Assembly (NCBI GenBank): GCA_016188385.1
Contig: JACPHV010000002.1
Span: 24,116 to 88,115, forward strand
Direction of reading: 5' to 3'
From: Candidatus Uhrbacteria bacterium
GTDB taxonomy: Bacteria; Patescibacteriota; Patescibacteriia; JACQRZ01
Length of the DNA stretch: 64,000 nucleotides
In this document: positions 27,920-38,995 of the stretch, piece after piece
Position numbering within the stretch: the stretch's first letter is position 1
Layout: each line of letters starts with the position of its first letter
Translations under genes and position numbers: made by a program
The notes under the pieces: generated by a model
Databases searched by the model: none
What the model was told of the DNA's origin: nothing
Seen by the model: the letters and a program-made list of their open reading frames with translations, nothing else

Positions 27920-30900
27920 GTGTTAAAAAGTAAGCGGCGTACTAAAACGCATACCCTCCTTGTTAACACAAATCTGTGGGAACTAAGTACCACTTCTTAT
28001 ATGAAGCTTACAAGGCTCGCGAAAGCGAGTTTTCTTTTTGAACATTTTTTTCGTTTGCCCATCTTTCAAGTTATGAAGCGACTTGGCAGCCAGCAGGCAA
28101 GCACTGTTGTACTTGCGGCTGTTTCGATCTTGTTCATAGCGATATCTTCGGTATTTTCCGCAGAAGTTTTCGAACCCCCCGCATGTCCTCCGCCTAACTG
28201 CCAACCTACGGCAGCGATCGGAGGACTTTTTGCTGTATTGAGCACTGACGCGATCGCTTCTCCATTTAATGGTTCGGTCATCATCGGCGGATTGGAAGGG
28301 GCAAATGACGCGAAAGTCGGCATCGGTACCGGCGGAGATCCTTCTTCCACGCTCCATGTGATGAAGGCGGGATTCGCAGACGCGGGCTCAACACACAACC
28401 TCGCGCATTTTGGATACGAGCCGAACATCACCGGCAACCGTCAGCTCCTTATCCAACAGTGGGGTAATAAAAACACAACAAGACAATTCCTCTTCGGTAA
28501 CGGCTACATTACCGGAGCGGGTCCTTCTTTTTTTAACGGTCCCTATACCCGCGCTATCGGACTGATGTGGGATGACGATAGTATGGATGTGGTGATCAAT
28601 GATGAAAAGGCGCTTGGCAAAGCGGGAAAGCCAATAAGCGCCGTAACCATCAAATCGGAAACAGGCAACGTCGGGATAGGCAGTGCGGACCCCAAAGCAA
28701 AACTCCACATCGAGCAAGAAGTCAACGGGACTCTCCAAGCAGTGATACAAAATCTCAAGCCGGGAGGTACTGCCGCCTTAGGCCTCTACGCGTCTAAGGA
28801 TTTTCAGGATGCTGGCGGACGGATCGAGTTTGATTCAAATGGCAATGAAATGCGTGTCATCAACAACGGCGATCCGGGAGGGGTTATCACGTTTTGGACT
28901 CGCTCTCGATCTCCGGATGCGACAAAAGAACGAGTGAGAATCAATGACAATGGCGGTGTCAGCATCAGTACCCTTGGTGAAAACGGCCTTTATCTCAACC
29001 TCAATGAAGGGAAAACCGACCTCAACATATATCGGGATAATGACGTAGGTGATTGGACCCTGCTTAGGACCAATAAAGGCAATGGCATAGGATTGATCGG
29101 ACAGCCCGATGTCATGGCATTGACAGTCTCAAGAACGACCAGCAACGTCGGCATTGGGACGACGCCGAGCCCGGATTGGAAATTGGCCGTTGCGGGCAAT
29201 ACGATTGTTGATGGATCTTTGCGCACGACAGCTGATCAAATAGTCGGCACGCGCACTAAAACTCGCGAGATATCTGTTTCCGGTCCCGATGATATCATTA
29301 TTCCTCTGGGCAAATTCAATGTCGGCACCTCGATCAAGGTGACATTGCAAGCAGAAGGCGGATGGGCAGAAAGAGGCGCGCAGTATTTTCTCAATGGATA
29401 CTACAACACTCTTCCAAAGATTACCTTTCAGACTGGCAACCAACCGGATCGAATTCAATTCTATGGGACGATAATCAATGCAAGTCAGATGTATCTCTGG
29501 GCAAAGTGGATTAACGCAAGTCCTGCAGGACCCAATAATTCATACTGCGGTCGGGATAAAGGCTGTTCGAATGCTGTCCGCCTCGCTGTCACCACTTCCA
29601 GCGCATGGGATTACAACGATAAGGGAGATTTCAGCGGATCGAGTCGGTTGCAGGAAAATGTGGTGGCAGGGTACGACTGGCTGACGGTCAACAGTAACGT
29701 ATACGCCAAAGGTCCCGTATCCATCGATAGCGCAGCTGATTCTGTTCTTAATCTTCAGACAACTGATGATAGATGGCTTTACACCCAGTGGCTTACCAGT
29801 AATGGCACACGGAGAATATGGATGGGGCTCGATGGCGATCTCAATTGGTTCAACATACAGCCGGAAAACGGGACACAAGGCATCGTGCTTGGGGGCAAGG
29901 TGAATATCCCGGGTGATCTTTCTGTAGGCGGTTCCATTAACGCGGCAAATCTTCCCAAGACAGGCTACTGGTCATGGAATCATTCCAGTGGCGATAGCTG
30001 GGACAAATGGGTAAAAATCGGAGAGATGACCTTCGGTCCCGGCCCATGGGCGCCTGCCGGTGTTGTCTGGTCAATATTTCCAACAAACGCAAACCATGGG
30101 GACTCCTATGAACTTATTTCAGTCCAATTCAGGAATCATTCATCCGATATCGAAGGCTCATACGATATTATTCACCAGGTAGTTGGCGGAGGACAATATT
30201 CCATCAAGGATGTCAAGGTTGTGCGTCGAAGCGGAACAGGGCTGGGGCCCAACGTGCTTTCTATCTGGGCGCAAGCACGCGCATCGTGGCTTGGCGGGAT
30301 TCCTTGGGTGGCGCAGACCTACGGCACTGTATCGCTTAGCAGTGGCGGGCTGACGCAATACAGCTCAATTCCTGATAGCGGAACGACCTATTCCGTCACG
30401 AGCAATTATTCGAATATCGCCGGCAACGTCGGCATCGGGACGACGAGTCCTGGAGCAAAGCTCGCTATTGAAAACGGTGGCAGCAAGACAACAGGTCTCT
30501 CTGTCGTTTCTGGCAATAATGCCGATGATAAAGTTGTGTATTTTTCAGGCAACCCTAGTGTCGGTTATGATTTCACCATGCTTCAGAATGGCAACGTCGG
30601 GATTGGGACGACGGACCCCAAAGCAAAGCTCCATATCAAGAATGCAGATACAATAGATAACACTGCATTCAAAGGATTGCTAAGACTTGATATGGAAAAT
30701 TCTGCCGAAAGCGCTAGAGGATCATTTAATGAATCAAAACCTTCCTATGGCATAGAATTTAGAAGGAAGTGGCACGATCAAGCACCTTACAATCCACAAG
30801 CAGGAATTTACGCATGGGGTTCTGATTCGTGGAGTTCTGGTCTTGCGTTCCGTACAGCTGATCCTGGTCCAGATATGAAAACGAGAATGGTGATAACTGG

Positions 30901-33900
30901 CCCCGGCAACGTCGGCATCGGGACGACGAGCCCCAGCGCAAAGCTACATATTTTAGGCACATATCCTGCGGTATTTGGGCAGGATGGGATGTTGAAAATA
31001 AAGAGCGTTGACAATGGTGGGTGTTGCGGTACAGAAGCCATAACATTGCAAACCAGTATTGATAATAGAGCCGATGATTATGCAATTAGTTCATATGGCG
31101 GAGATAACAGGCATGTGCTATCTCTTCAGCCACAGGGGGGGTACGTCGGCATCGGGACGACGAGTCCGGATGGGGCTCTCCATGTTCAAGCTAATGGTGG
31201 GTCGCGTTTGCTTTTGCAAAACGAACATACATTTCTCAATGGACCAGCCACAGGGAATGTTCATATTAATTCGAATTTATATTGGACACAAAGTGGTGGC
31301 TGGAAGAGCTATAATTCAAGCAAGCCCCAAGCTCAAGTTTGGTTGGGTGGAGATTCCGGAGACATTGTCTTCGGTACAGGGAGTGCCAGTGCAACGCACA
31401 ATGCCAAAGATAGGATTACAATAAAAAACAATGGCAACGTCGGGATTGGGACGACGAGTCCGGAGGCAAAACTTGATATATTCAAGGCAGAGGAAACTGA
31501 TGGAACAGCTTTTCTTGCGCGAAATTCAAAGGGCAACAACTCTTGGGGTATTGTGGGAGAATTTAGAGTAGAGAAAAAAGATAATTATACAGGCGATCGG
31601 CCGTCTATTCTTTTTTCAAATGGTTACAACAATACAACGTGGTCGGTTGGGTATGGCACAGGATGGGACGACAATTTTAGGATAAGGCAGAATCATGGAT
31701 ATCGGAGCAACAGCTGGGGAATTGAACGCTTTAAGCTTGATACCAGAGGGTATGCTCATTTTTGGGACTATTTCCAAATTCGACCCGGCTATCTTGATGA
31801 TACTCGAAATCCAAACTGGACAACGCTAGAAATGCCGGGTGTAAAAGGTCTCCGTATCTGGGACAATCTATCGGTTGATAACAGCGTCGGCATCGGGACG
31901 ACGGAACCATCCGGAAAACTCGATGTCGTAGGCGACATCCGCGGAGTCAATACGTATTCTTTTTCAGGCTATAATGATGCCATCAATGATTGGGATAATT
32001 ATCGATTATCAATCAATCCACAAGCTAACGCACAATCTGACGACTCTTGGTATATCCAATCAAGTACAAGTGATTGGAACAGTGGTCTCTTGAGCAAAAG
32101 GAGGTTTAGGCGCGTTCCGGGCTTAACTCTCGAATACGAGGCATATATGGACGCCCCGCTAGGCGGAGCAGTGCACTACATGGTCGGTTTTGTTGATGGC
32201 AACTCCACTAATTATTCATATTGTCAAAATCCTTCAAACCTCATGTATCAAGATAATGGGGCGCTCAGTGTATACGAAAATTGCAGTTATAGAGGTACAA
32301 ATTATAACTTTGATACGAGAAGCGCATGGTATAAGTTTAAGGTCGTTTTGAGAGGTACTGGCGCGGATTACTATGTGTTTCGCAACGGAAAATGGAATAT
32401 AGTAAGCGGAACAACGTGGAACGGCAATAAATACGTCAGAGTCATGGTGGCGGCATACAGAAACAGACTGTTTCTCCGAAACATGAAAGTATATCAGGCG
32501 ACAGATACTGATTCGATTATTGTGATGAAGGATTCCACGCTGATAAATCTTGGAGAGACTATTATATCAGATAAATGGGGCGCAGACCGTTCTAATGATT
32601 TCGTGATACGTGACGGCACTTGGGATAGGGTGAGCAACAGCAATTACGGTAATGTTGTCGGAGGCCATTTCTATTCGTATGGCGGATTAGATATCGGTTC
32701 AGGTAGCGGTTTTGAGGCGGGAGATGGACAGCTCTATGTTGGAGGACGTATAAAGTTGGCCGCATCTGGAGTGATTGGATCCGGAAATGGCTTTGGGTGT
32801 GGAGGCTGCGCTCAAGCGGGAACTATTGAACTATATAACAGTACTAGTGGTAACATGACTCTTCAGAGCGGAACGAATTACGGCTTAGCATTGAACCCTT
32901 CGGGCGGCAACGTCGGGATAGGAACCAGTCGTCCAGGCCAAAAACTTGGGGTTTACGGCGGATCAGCAGATACCTTTATCCACGTTAATTCGAATGATGG
33001 CTATAGCAGTGGAATTGAGTTTGCGGAACAGGGGTGGGGAGGATATGCCGTTCCGCTTCGATGGGGAGTGCGCCAGTATTATAATGGACGAAACGATCTC
33101 TTTAGCATAGCACCGGTTCGCGATTCGATAGAAAATATCGGGATTACAATGAAAGCAAGTAACGGCAACGTCGGCATTGGGACAGCGAGTCCCGGAGCAA
33201 AGCTTGAGATATCCGGCAGTGGCGTGGATCACACTCCGAACGGAAATATGAAAATTAGTAACCAGGCGATCATGTTCGGTGGACCCAATAATGGTTTTGA
33301 AGTGAATTCCGCCCAGATTAGCGCAGGACGTCACATCGCAAACTCGCTTAATATCGTCGGAATGGGGCAAACTTCCGCACAGAGACGAGTGCATATGTGG
33401 GCGGAGGGTGGATTTCAGGTTTACGGCAGTATTTCTACAAATACATTGTGTCTTTCAGATGGTTGTTATTCTAATTGGCAGTCAGTAAGGCAATCTGGCA
33501 GTTCGACATTTAATGATATATTGCGCGTAAAAGCTCAAGCGGGTGGTGGCACTATCAGATTGGCGCCAACATCAGACTCAAATGAAGTTGGGATAGGTTT
33601 TTATAGAAATAGCACTTTTGATGACAATCTATGGGTTTTAGGCTTGGGAGCATGGGGCACTGAAGCTGGATATGATCTAGCATTTGGACGTACAGGCAAG
33701 GGACTTATTATGGCTCTTGATGATGATAGTACCGGATGTGTTTTAATCAAAATAAATCCAAAGAATACGTCACCCCATTGTCAATATGCTTTGAATGTAG
33801 GTGGTAACATCAATATTGCCTACCTCGGTGATCACCTTGCATTAACAAAGGATCAAAAAGTTGCTCTTGCGACAGATCGCGTAGGTCTTGACGTTGCTGA

Positions 33901-34372
33901 AATTTTTAAATCAGAAGAGGATGTGGAAGTTGGCGATGTTGTCGTGATTGGAAGGAGCGAACGCACGATTAAAAGATCATCGGAGGAATATCAAGAAAGA
34001 GTTGTGGGCGTAGTTTCTGGATCTCCTGCAATTCTCTTTGACGGAGGATCAGTTATCGCGGGAGCAAGGCCGAATATTTTTGAACGAGGTAATAAACCAC
34101 CAGTCGCGCTTGCGGGGCGTATCCCCGTCAAGGTATCCACTGAAAATGGGGCTATAGCTGTTGGAGATTATTTAACTACGTCATCAAGATCGGGTGTCGC
34201 CATGAAAGCAATAGAGGCAGGGCCGATAATCGGCATCTCGCTGGAGAGTTATGATGAGAGCGCTGAAGGTAAGATATTAATGTTTCTTAATATCGGAGAA
34301 AAGGGAGTTTCTTCGCTTATCAAAGATATAGAGCAACGTGTACGGGATCTCGAAAATAAAATTCAGAAATAG
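27920..34372 (+). CDS. Giant modular surface/fibre-like protein with 11 VGIG(T/S) repeats (true start possibly near 28073)
   Basis: Hydrophobic N-terminal segment; GNVGIGTTSPxAKLxI repeats; C-terminal DVAE...GDVV...VALAGRIPVKVSTENG...GVAMKA domain plus coiled coil. Confidence 0.8.
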   Translation: MLKSKRRTKTHTLLVNTNLWELSTTSYMKLTRLAKASFLFEHFFRLPIFQVMKRLGSQQASTVVLAAVSILFIAISSVFSAEVFEPPACPPPNCQPTAAIGGLFAVLSTDAIASPFNGSVIIGGLEGANDAKVGIGTGGDPSSTLHVMKAGFADAGSTHNLAHFGYEPNITGNRQLLIQQWGNKNTTRQFLFGNGYITGAGPSFFNGPYTRAIGLMWDDDSMDVVINDEKALGKAGKPISAVTIKSETGNVGIGSADPKAKLHIEQEVNGTLQAVIQNLKPGGTAALGLYASKDFQDAGGRIEFDSNGNEMRVINNGDPGGVITFWTRSRSPDATKERVRINDNGGVSISTLGENGLYLNLNEGKTDLNIYRDNDVGDWTLLRTNKGNGIGLIGQPDVMALTVSRTTSNVGIGTTPSPDWKLAVAGNTIVDGSLRTTADQIVGTRTKTREISVSGPDDIIIPLGKFNVGTSIKVTLQAEGGWAERGAQYFLNGYYNTLPKITFQTGNQPDRIQFYGTIINASQMYLWAKWINASPAGPNNSYCGRDKGCSNAVRLAVTTSSAWDYNDKGDFSGSSRLQENVVAGYDWLTVNSNVYAKGPVSIDSAADSVLNLQTTDDRWLYTQWLTSNGTRRIWMGLDGDLNWFNIQPENGTQGIVLGGKVNIPGDLSVGGSINAANLPKTGYWSWNHSSGDSWDKWVKIGEMTFGPGPWAPAGVVWSIFPTNANHGDSYELISVQFRNHSSDIEGSYDIIHQVVGGGQYSIKDVKVVRRSGTGLGPNVLSIWAQARASWLGGIPWVAQTYGTVSLSSGGLTQYSSIPDSGTTYSVTSNYSNIAGNVGIGTTSPGAKLAIENGGSKTTGLSVVSGNNADDKVVYFSGNPSVGYDFTMLQNGNVGIGTTDPKAKLHIKNADTIDNTAFKGLLRLDMENSAESARGSFNESKPSYGIEFRRKWHDQAPYNPQAGIYAWGSDSWSSGLAFRTADPGPDMKTRMVITGPGNVGIGTTSPSAKLHILGTYPAVFGQDGMLKIKSVDNGGCCGTEAITLQTSIDNRADDYAISSYGGDNRHVLSLQPQGGYVGIGTTSPDGALHVQANGGSRLLLQNEHTFLNGPATGNVHINSNLYWTQSGGWKSYNSSKPQAQVWLGGDSGDIVFGTGSASATHNAKDRITIKNNGNVGIGTTSPEAKLDIFKAEETDGTAFLARNSKGNNSWGIVGEFRVEKKDNYTGDRPSILFSNGYNNTTWSVGYGTGWDDNFRIRQNHGYRSNSWGIERFKLDTRGYAHFWDYFQIRPGYLDDTRNPNWTTLEMPGVKGLRIWDNLSVDNSVGIGTTEPSGKLDVVGDIRGVNTYSFSGYNDAINDWDNYRLSINPQANAQSDDSWYIQSSTSDWNSGLLSKRRFRRVPGLTLEYEAYMDAPLGGAVHYMVGFVDGNSTNYSYCQNPSNLMYQDNGALSVYENCSYRGTNYNFDTRSAWYKFKVVLRGTGADYYVFRNGKWNIVSGTTWNGNKYVRVMVAAYRNRLFLRNMKVYQATDTDSIIVMKDSTLINLGETIISDKWGADRSNDFVIRDGTWDRVSNSNYGNVVGGHFYSYGGLDIGSGSGFEAGDGQLYVGGRIKLAASGVIGSGNGFGCGGCAQAGTIELYNSTSGNMTLQSGTNYGLALNPSGGNVGIGTSRPGQKLGVYGGSADTFIHVNSNDGYSSGIEFAEQGWGGYAVPLRWGVRQYYNGRNDLFSIAPVRDSIENIGITMKASNGNVGIGTASPGAKLEISGSGVDHTPNGNMKISNQAIMFGGPNNGFEVNSAQISAGRHIANSLNIVGMGQTSAQRRVHMWAEGGFQVYGSISTNTLCLSDGCYSNWQSVRQSGSSTFNDILRVKAQAGGGTIRLAPTSDSNEVGIGFYRNSTFDDNLWVLGLGAWGTEAGYDLAFGRTGKGLIMALDDDSTGCVLIKINPKNTSPHCQYALNVGGNINIAYLGDHLALTKDQKVALATDRVGLDVAEIFKSEEDVEVGDVVVIGRSERTIKRSSEEYQERVVGVVSGSPAILFDGGSVIAGARPNIFERGNKPPVALAGRIPVKVSTENGAIAVGDYLTTSSRSGVAMKAIEAGPIIGISLESYDESAEGKILMFLNIGEKGVSSLIKDIEQRVRDLENKIQK

Positions 34373-34381
34373 TTTTTCACA

Positions 34382-35941
34382 ATGAAGCGCTTTATGAATA
34401 TAAGATTTTCATTTACTGTTGTCATTGCAGTATTTTTTTTTATATTCATTATCTCACTTGCTGGCAGCACGCAAAAGACGGAGGCAGCACAATTTTGCAT
34501 AAAAGGCGAATGCGGCGATTTTGCAGGATGGGTTGATAATTATCTTTTTTTTAATGGGCTAGACTGCTGTCGGAGTTATTGGAAAGAAGGTTCAAAAAAA
34601 AATTATTGGCCTAACGGAATATTCCCTCCAACGCCGGGAGAGCCTGTTTATTGCAACTCTAACATAAGCGGTGGCCCATACTGCCGAAATGATCTTGCTA
34701 ATAAGAAACCCAGTATACGCCATTTTGTATTCGAGCCTTCAACTGTTAGATCGGGAACAGTTGTCACAGTGCGTTGGGAGGTTGACAAGGCGTGGTATAC
34801 TGAACTTCGTGGCTGGTGTGATTGGTGTATCGGTCATGATAGGCGAGACAGCCCCGCTTTTAATGACGATTGGAGCGATTTTCCCCATAGAGGATCAAAA
34901 CAATTTACGATACCAGGAGATTGGCGTGAGTCGCCAAAATATACTATTCGGTTATATGCGAGCAATTCGAATGGCGATACGGAGCAGAGTATCGAAATTC
35001 GACCTGAAAATAATATTATCAATGCGGCAACAAGAGTAGCGAATGATACCATAAAGGCGATATCTGATGGAGTGGTTGCAGCGATTAAGAAAATTGCTGA
35101 CTGCGCTGGACAAATTGGCGGAGAAATAGCAGGAAAATTTAAAGACATCTGGGGTGTACTTAGTCAGGTCGGAGGCTATCTCGCTGCAGCAGGAACTAAT
35201 CTTGCGACTGCCGGAACGGGAGGAGGGGCTGTACAGGTAGCATGTGTTGCAGGTATAACATCTGCTGCGGCAATTGTTGGCAGTATCATTCCAGGTCTTG
35301 GCACAGCTGCTATCGGTTCAATCGGATATGTGACGGGATCATTACTTTGCCCGTTAGCCGAAAACGCCGGTTGGACTATTGTCGATGTAATACTCTGTGC
35401 AACAAATCAGAGGAATGCTGTTGTGAAATCTGATAACATTAGGCTTGTTGTTGGAATAGCTGAAGCACTTTCAAAGATTGATTGGAATAATGTTGGAAAT
35501 TTTCTTAAATGTATGTTCGGGGGTTGCGCTCCCCCAGCGGGGGTACCTAGGCTTCCTGATGCTCCTATTCCAGCCGCACCCACACCCGCAGGCACAGTCA
35601 TTGTTGGGGTCGGAGGGGCAGACGATGCCGCTAACGCACTTCAGGTGACGACGAACACTGAACTTGCTAAAATTGCAAGCAAGCCAACTAATATCTTTGA
35701 TTTATCACCACTGCAGCAAGGTGCACTTGAGACTTCCGGCAGACAATATGATAAACTGATTGAGGCAGTCAATCCGATAACAAACGTCGGTGCGAAGGCG
35801 CTTAAAGATGCGGGAGTTACACCAGATCAAGTTAGATCATTCGTAAATGGACTCAATGATTTTAGTAAAGCCGTGTTTGAGAATGCATCAGAGTTTTGCA
35901 AAGTACAAATGATTATTCAACGAAACGTCAACGCCTGCTAA
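34382..35941 (+). CDS. Exported Cys-rich hypothetical protein with a Gly/Ala-rich hydrophobic region
   Basis: N-terminal signal/TM segment, many Cys, Ig-like segment, hydrophobic GA-rich stretch. Confidence 0.6.
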   Translation: MKRFMNIRFSFTVVIAVFFFIFIISLAGSTQKTEAAQFCIKGECGDFAGWVDNYLFFNGLDCCRSYWKEGSKKNYWPNGIFPPTPGEPVYCNSNISGGPYCRNDLANKKPSIRHFVFEPSTVRSGTVVTVRWEVDKAWYTELRGWCDWCIGHDRRDSPAFNDDWSDFPHRGSKQFTIPGDWRESPKYTIRLYASNSNGDTEQSIEIRPENNIINAATRVANDTIKAISDGVVAAIKKIADCAGQIGGEIAGKFKDIWGVLSQVGGYLAAAGTNLATAGTGGGAVQVACVAGITSAAAIVGSIIPGLGTAAIGSIGYVTGSLLCPLAENAGWTIVDVILCATNQRNAVVKSDNIRLVVGIAEALSKIDWNNVGNFLKCMFGGCAPPAGVPRLPDAPIPAAPTPAGTVIVGVGGADDAANALQVTTNTELAKIASKPTNIFDLSPLQQGALETSGRQYDKLIEAVNPITNVGAKALKDAGVTPDQVRSFVNGLNDFSKAVFENASEFCKVQMIIQRNVNAC

Positions 35942-35963
35942 ATATATATAAATAGAAATTACT

Positions 35964-37046
35964 ATGACATATTTCCGTTCTCGAATCATGCTATTGTTAT
36001 TTATAGCAAACATGTTATTGCCTGTGTCATCAGTGCAGGCGCAAAAAGAAGATATTGACCTAAAAGATCTATCGGATAAAAAAGTGGATGCTGCTCCGTT
36101 TCTTTTTACTGATGCGCCAGAAGAACTTTTTCCTAAGCAGAAGGAGTCAACACCATCTGAACCGCCGGCCGAAATTCCAGAATTGTTTGGCAGTTTTATA
36201 ACTCCAGACGGCAATCTTGATGTCGATCGAATAGCGTTCGTTGGAATTCTCATTGGCTCAGCACTTGCCGCACTTCTATGTATTACCGGCATCTTTGCGT
36301 TGATTGCTGTTTTTCGAGAGCAAAGAAAAATGAACCGCAAGCTGATCCTTGCAAAGGCCTGGAATTTGTTCCAAAAAAATAGACGTTTTTTGGTCCTGTA
36401 TAGTCTCGTACAATTCCTAGTAAACGGAGGGTTCCTCATTCTTTTTTCAAAAACGTTGGAGTACAGCTCCATTGCATCATTGGGCGCTACGGTCGTAGCT
36501 TACCTGTTTATCAGCATATCGGTGGTAGTGTTATTTGGGCTCATTTTTTCACTCATTGATAATCAAGGAGTGTATTTGCAATTTTCTACACAACAGTTTT
36601 TCCTTATCCTTGCTAATGTGTTCCTTGCTACTGTCATCTTCTTTGGGCTGATCGCGTTACCACTCATTCTGGCCTTGCTTTTATATTCGTTCACGAAAGT
36701 GCTTATTATTTTTTACGCGCAGTGGCTTCCCTTTGGATATTCCTTTCTTACCTACGTATTGATATGGGGGATAGGTTTGTTTTTCACTATGGTACTTGCG
36801 ATACGTCTATCAATGATATTCTTTTACGTGATTGATAAAAAAATGAATTCATTCGGAGCACTTGTTTCGAGCTGGAAGATTACGCGTGGTAAAAGCGGGG
36901 AACTCTTCTTACTTTATTATCTTTTATTGCTTATCAATATTGCCGGAGCGATGATGCTTTTCGGATTTGGATTATTTTTCAGCATACCTCTCAGTTTTGT
37001 AATTCTCGCAGCTACCTTTCGGGAATTACTTGCGCAAGCACCTTGA
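35964..37046 (+). CDS. Multi-pass membrane protein
   Basis: Signal-like N-terminus and several TM helices; ALVSSWKITRG motif. Confidence 0.65.
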   Translation: MTYFRSRIMLLLFIANMLLPVSSVQAQKEDIDLKDLSDKKVDAAPFLFTDAPEELFPKQKESTPSEPPAEIPELFGSFITPDGNLDVDRIAFVGILIGSALAALLCITGIFALIAVFREQRKMNRKLILAKAWNLFQKNRRFLVLYSLVQFLVNGGFLILFSKTLEYSSIASLGATVVAYLFISISVVVLFGLIFSLIDNQGVYLQFSTQQFFLILANVFLATVIFFGLIALPLILALLLYSFTKVLIIFYAQWLPFGYSFLTYVLIWGIGLFFTMVLAIRLSMIFFYVIDKKMNSFGALVSSWKITRGKSGELFLLYYLLLLINIAGAMMLFGFGLFFSIPLSFVILAATFRELLAQAP

Positions 37047-38279
37047 GTGTATGTGCCTCAACATAATTGCGTTATGATGACGCGCGATCGCAGAGGAGAT
37101 CCGCTTCCCGTCGCGGATCGCGGACCTACCGCATTTCCCGAGTCTAGAAAATCACGCATAGCCGCCACGGCGCTGGCCGCAATTCTGTTAGGATTTGATA
37201 AGGAAGCATTGGCGCATATAGAATACTCTAAAGTAGGAAGCGGCAAGGAATTTAACCTTGTCTATAAGAGCGAAAAAGACGATAAAAAATACAATCTTCG
37301 CTTTACATCTCTTGAAAACTTTGGGACGAAATTAACTGAGAAAAAAATACATGACCCCTTTCTTGAAAATATCAGGAAAAGAGACACACCAACCGTAGGA
37401 GTGAACTATTCGATATTGAATCGCCCAGCATTTGATAGCTTTATACGCAATGATAGTCTCCGGTCCCGTGAACGGTTGGGTCTGGCCTGGAGCAGTATGA
37501 GCGAACTGAAACCCCGCGATGTGTTATTGATGGCTGCTGAAATGACAGATTGGAACATCCGCAATCAGCCAGCAATAGACCCGAAGAGCAAAGATTTTAA
37601 TCCGTTTCTTTTTTTTAAGAGCAACTTTATGCCTCTTGATCTTGTTGATGAAGGTGTATGCAGGCACTTTTCATCGAAAAGCAAGGTCATTGCTCGTAAG
37701 TTGATTGAATTTTCTAATTCTCCCTTTCTTCAGAATGTTGCAGTTGATGAGGTGGTCGCAGATAACCATGCGTGGAACATATTTTATGAGTTTACAATGG
37801 AAGATGGCGACCCAACAATTAGCATGGTTTACTATGATCCGCTTCGCCCCGCAGTAACTGCCCCACGTCAGATATCTACTCAAACCTTAGAGGCATTTAA
37901 GCCCCCCTATCAAAATATTCTTGCGACAATGACAGGAAAATTTTTTGACTATTTTACTGATGAAGAGAAACGTAAAACTCTTCAGCACATATTTCTACTC
38001 CAGGAAAAGGGCGAACCTAATTTTTCGATCTTAAAAAACCAATTGGATATATCGAGAGCTTTAATCAGTGCATTATTGCGAGATGGTCGTGAGAGAGAAG
38101 CGAGAGAGCTCCTTTTAGACACGCATCAATTTCTTATAAAATGCAGAGACAGGGGTATTGATTATCGCAGCAATTCTGATGCGAAAGAGATGGTTAGGAG
38201 CTTCTACACATGGTTGAAGAATGAACAAGTTGTTATAAAAGCAAATGAGATTACAACATTATTCGAAGAAGCGCTATGA
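37047..38279 (+). CDS. Hypothetical protein with a transglutaminase/papain-like Cys-His-Asp triad
   Basis: GVCRHFS...NHAWNIF...YYDP. Confidence 0.6.
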   Translation: MYVPQHNCVMMTRDRRGDPLPVADRGPTAFPESRKSRIAATALAAILLGFDKEALAHIEYSKVGSGKEFNLVYKSEKDDKKYNLRFTSLENFGTKLTEKKIHDPFLENIRKRDTPTVGVNYSILNRPAFDSFIRNDSLRSRERLGLAWSSMSELKPRDVLLMAAEMTDWNIRNQPAIDPKSKDFNPFLFFKSNFMPLDLVDEGVCRHFSSKSKVIARKLIEFSNSPFLQNVAVDEVVADNHAWNIFYEFTMEDGDPTISMVYYDPLRPAVTAPRQISTQTLEAFKPPYQNILATMTGKFFDYFTDEEKRKTLQHIFLLQEKGEPNFSILKNQLDISRALISALLRDGREREARELLLDTHQFLIKCRDRGIDYRSNSDAKEMVRSFYTWLKNEQVVIKANEITTLFEEAL

Positions 38280-38515
38280 TACATTGTTGAAATCCCTGAC
38301 TCTCTGAAATTTTTTTGAGATCTCAAGAAACGTCATCTTGCGCTTATGGACAAAAAAAGGGGCAAAAAAGTAGGCGCAAACGGCACGTAAACGCACAAAC
38401 AGGGTCAGAAGCCGTTTTCGTAAATGATTTAGTGCAAGAGAGCTGAGTTTCGTAATTCAAAGTGAATAGGCATACCATCATATCTATAGTGAACTAATTA
38501 ATTTATTGATATTTT

Positions 38516-38908
38516 ATGGAAGCACTCATTGTTCTCCAGGCATACGCACCGTATGGACTCACTATCTTACGTATCTCGCTTGGGACTATTTTCCTCGTGC
38601 ACGGGTGGCAGAAGTTTGCAATGTGGAACATGAAACCATCAGAGCAGATGCCTTCATCCATGCTTAGTATGATGAAGACGCTGTCTATCGTAGAAACGAT
38701 TGCAGGATTTGCGTTGATCTTTGGTGTGTTTGCACAAATCGCGGCTGTCATTACCTGTATCATCATGATCGGCGCTATTTACTTCAAGACACAAAAGTGG
38801 GGGAAGAAATTCACCGGCGACGGTGGATGGGAATTTGATGTAATATTGCTAGCGGCAAGCATCACCGTGTTACTCACGGGTCCAGGCGCAATTGCGTTGT
38901 TGCCATAA
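38516..38908 (+). CDS. DoxX-family membrane protein
   Basis: LRISLGTIFLVHGWQK, GGWEF, GPGAIAL. Confidence 0.88.
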   Translation: MEALIVLQAYAPYGLTILRISLGTIFLVHGWQKFAMWNMKPSEQMPSSMLSMMKTLSIVETIAGFALIFGVFAQIAAVITCIIMIGAIYFKTQKWGKKFTGDGGWEFDVILLAASITVLLTGPGAIALLP

Positions 38909-38995
38909 ATGGACTAAAAATGGGAAAACGGGAAACTGGTTATCATTAAATAAGGACTCGCTATCAATTTAGCAATAGTTAATTTTTAAAAAAGT

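Noticed and set aside
28664-33200. Resemblance of the adhesin junction GCAACGTCGG to the attC interior GCAACATCGC
   Set aside because: Short match, no hairpin or GTT core around the adhesin copies; probably chance.
35888-36472. 194-aa antisense ORF and the many other short overlapping ORFs in the track
   Set aside because: Shadow ORFs opposite or inside better-supported genes, without recognisable motifs.
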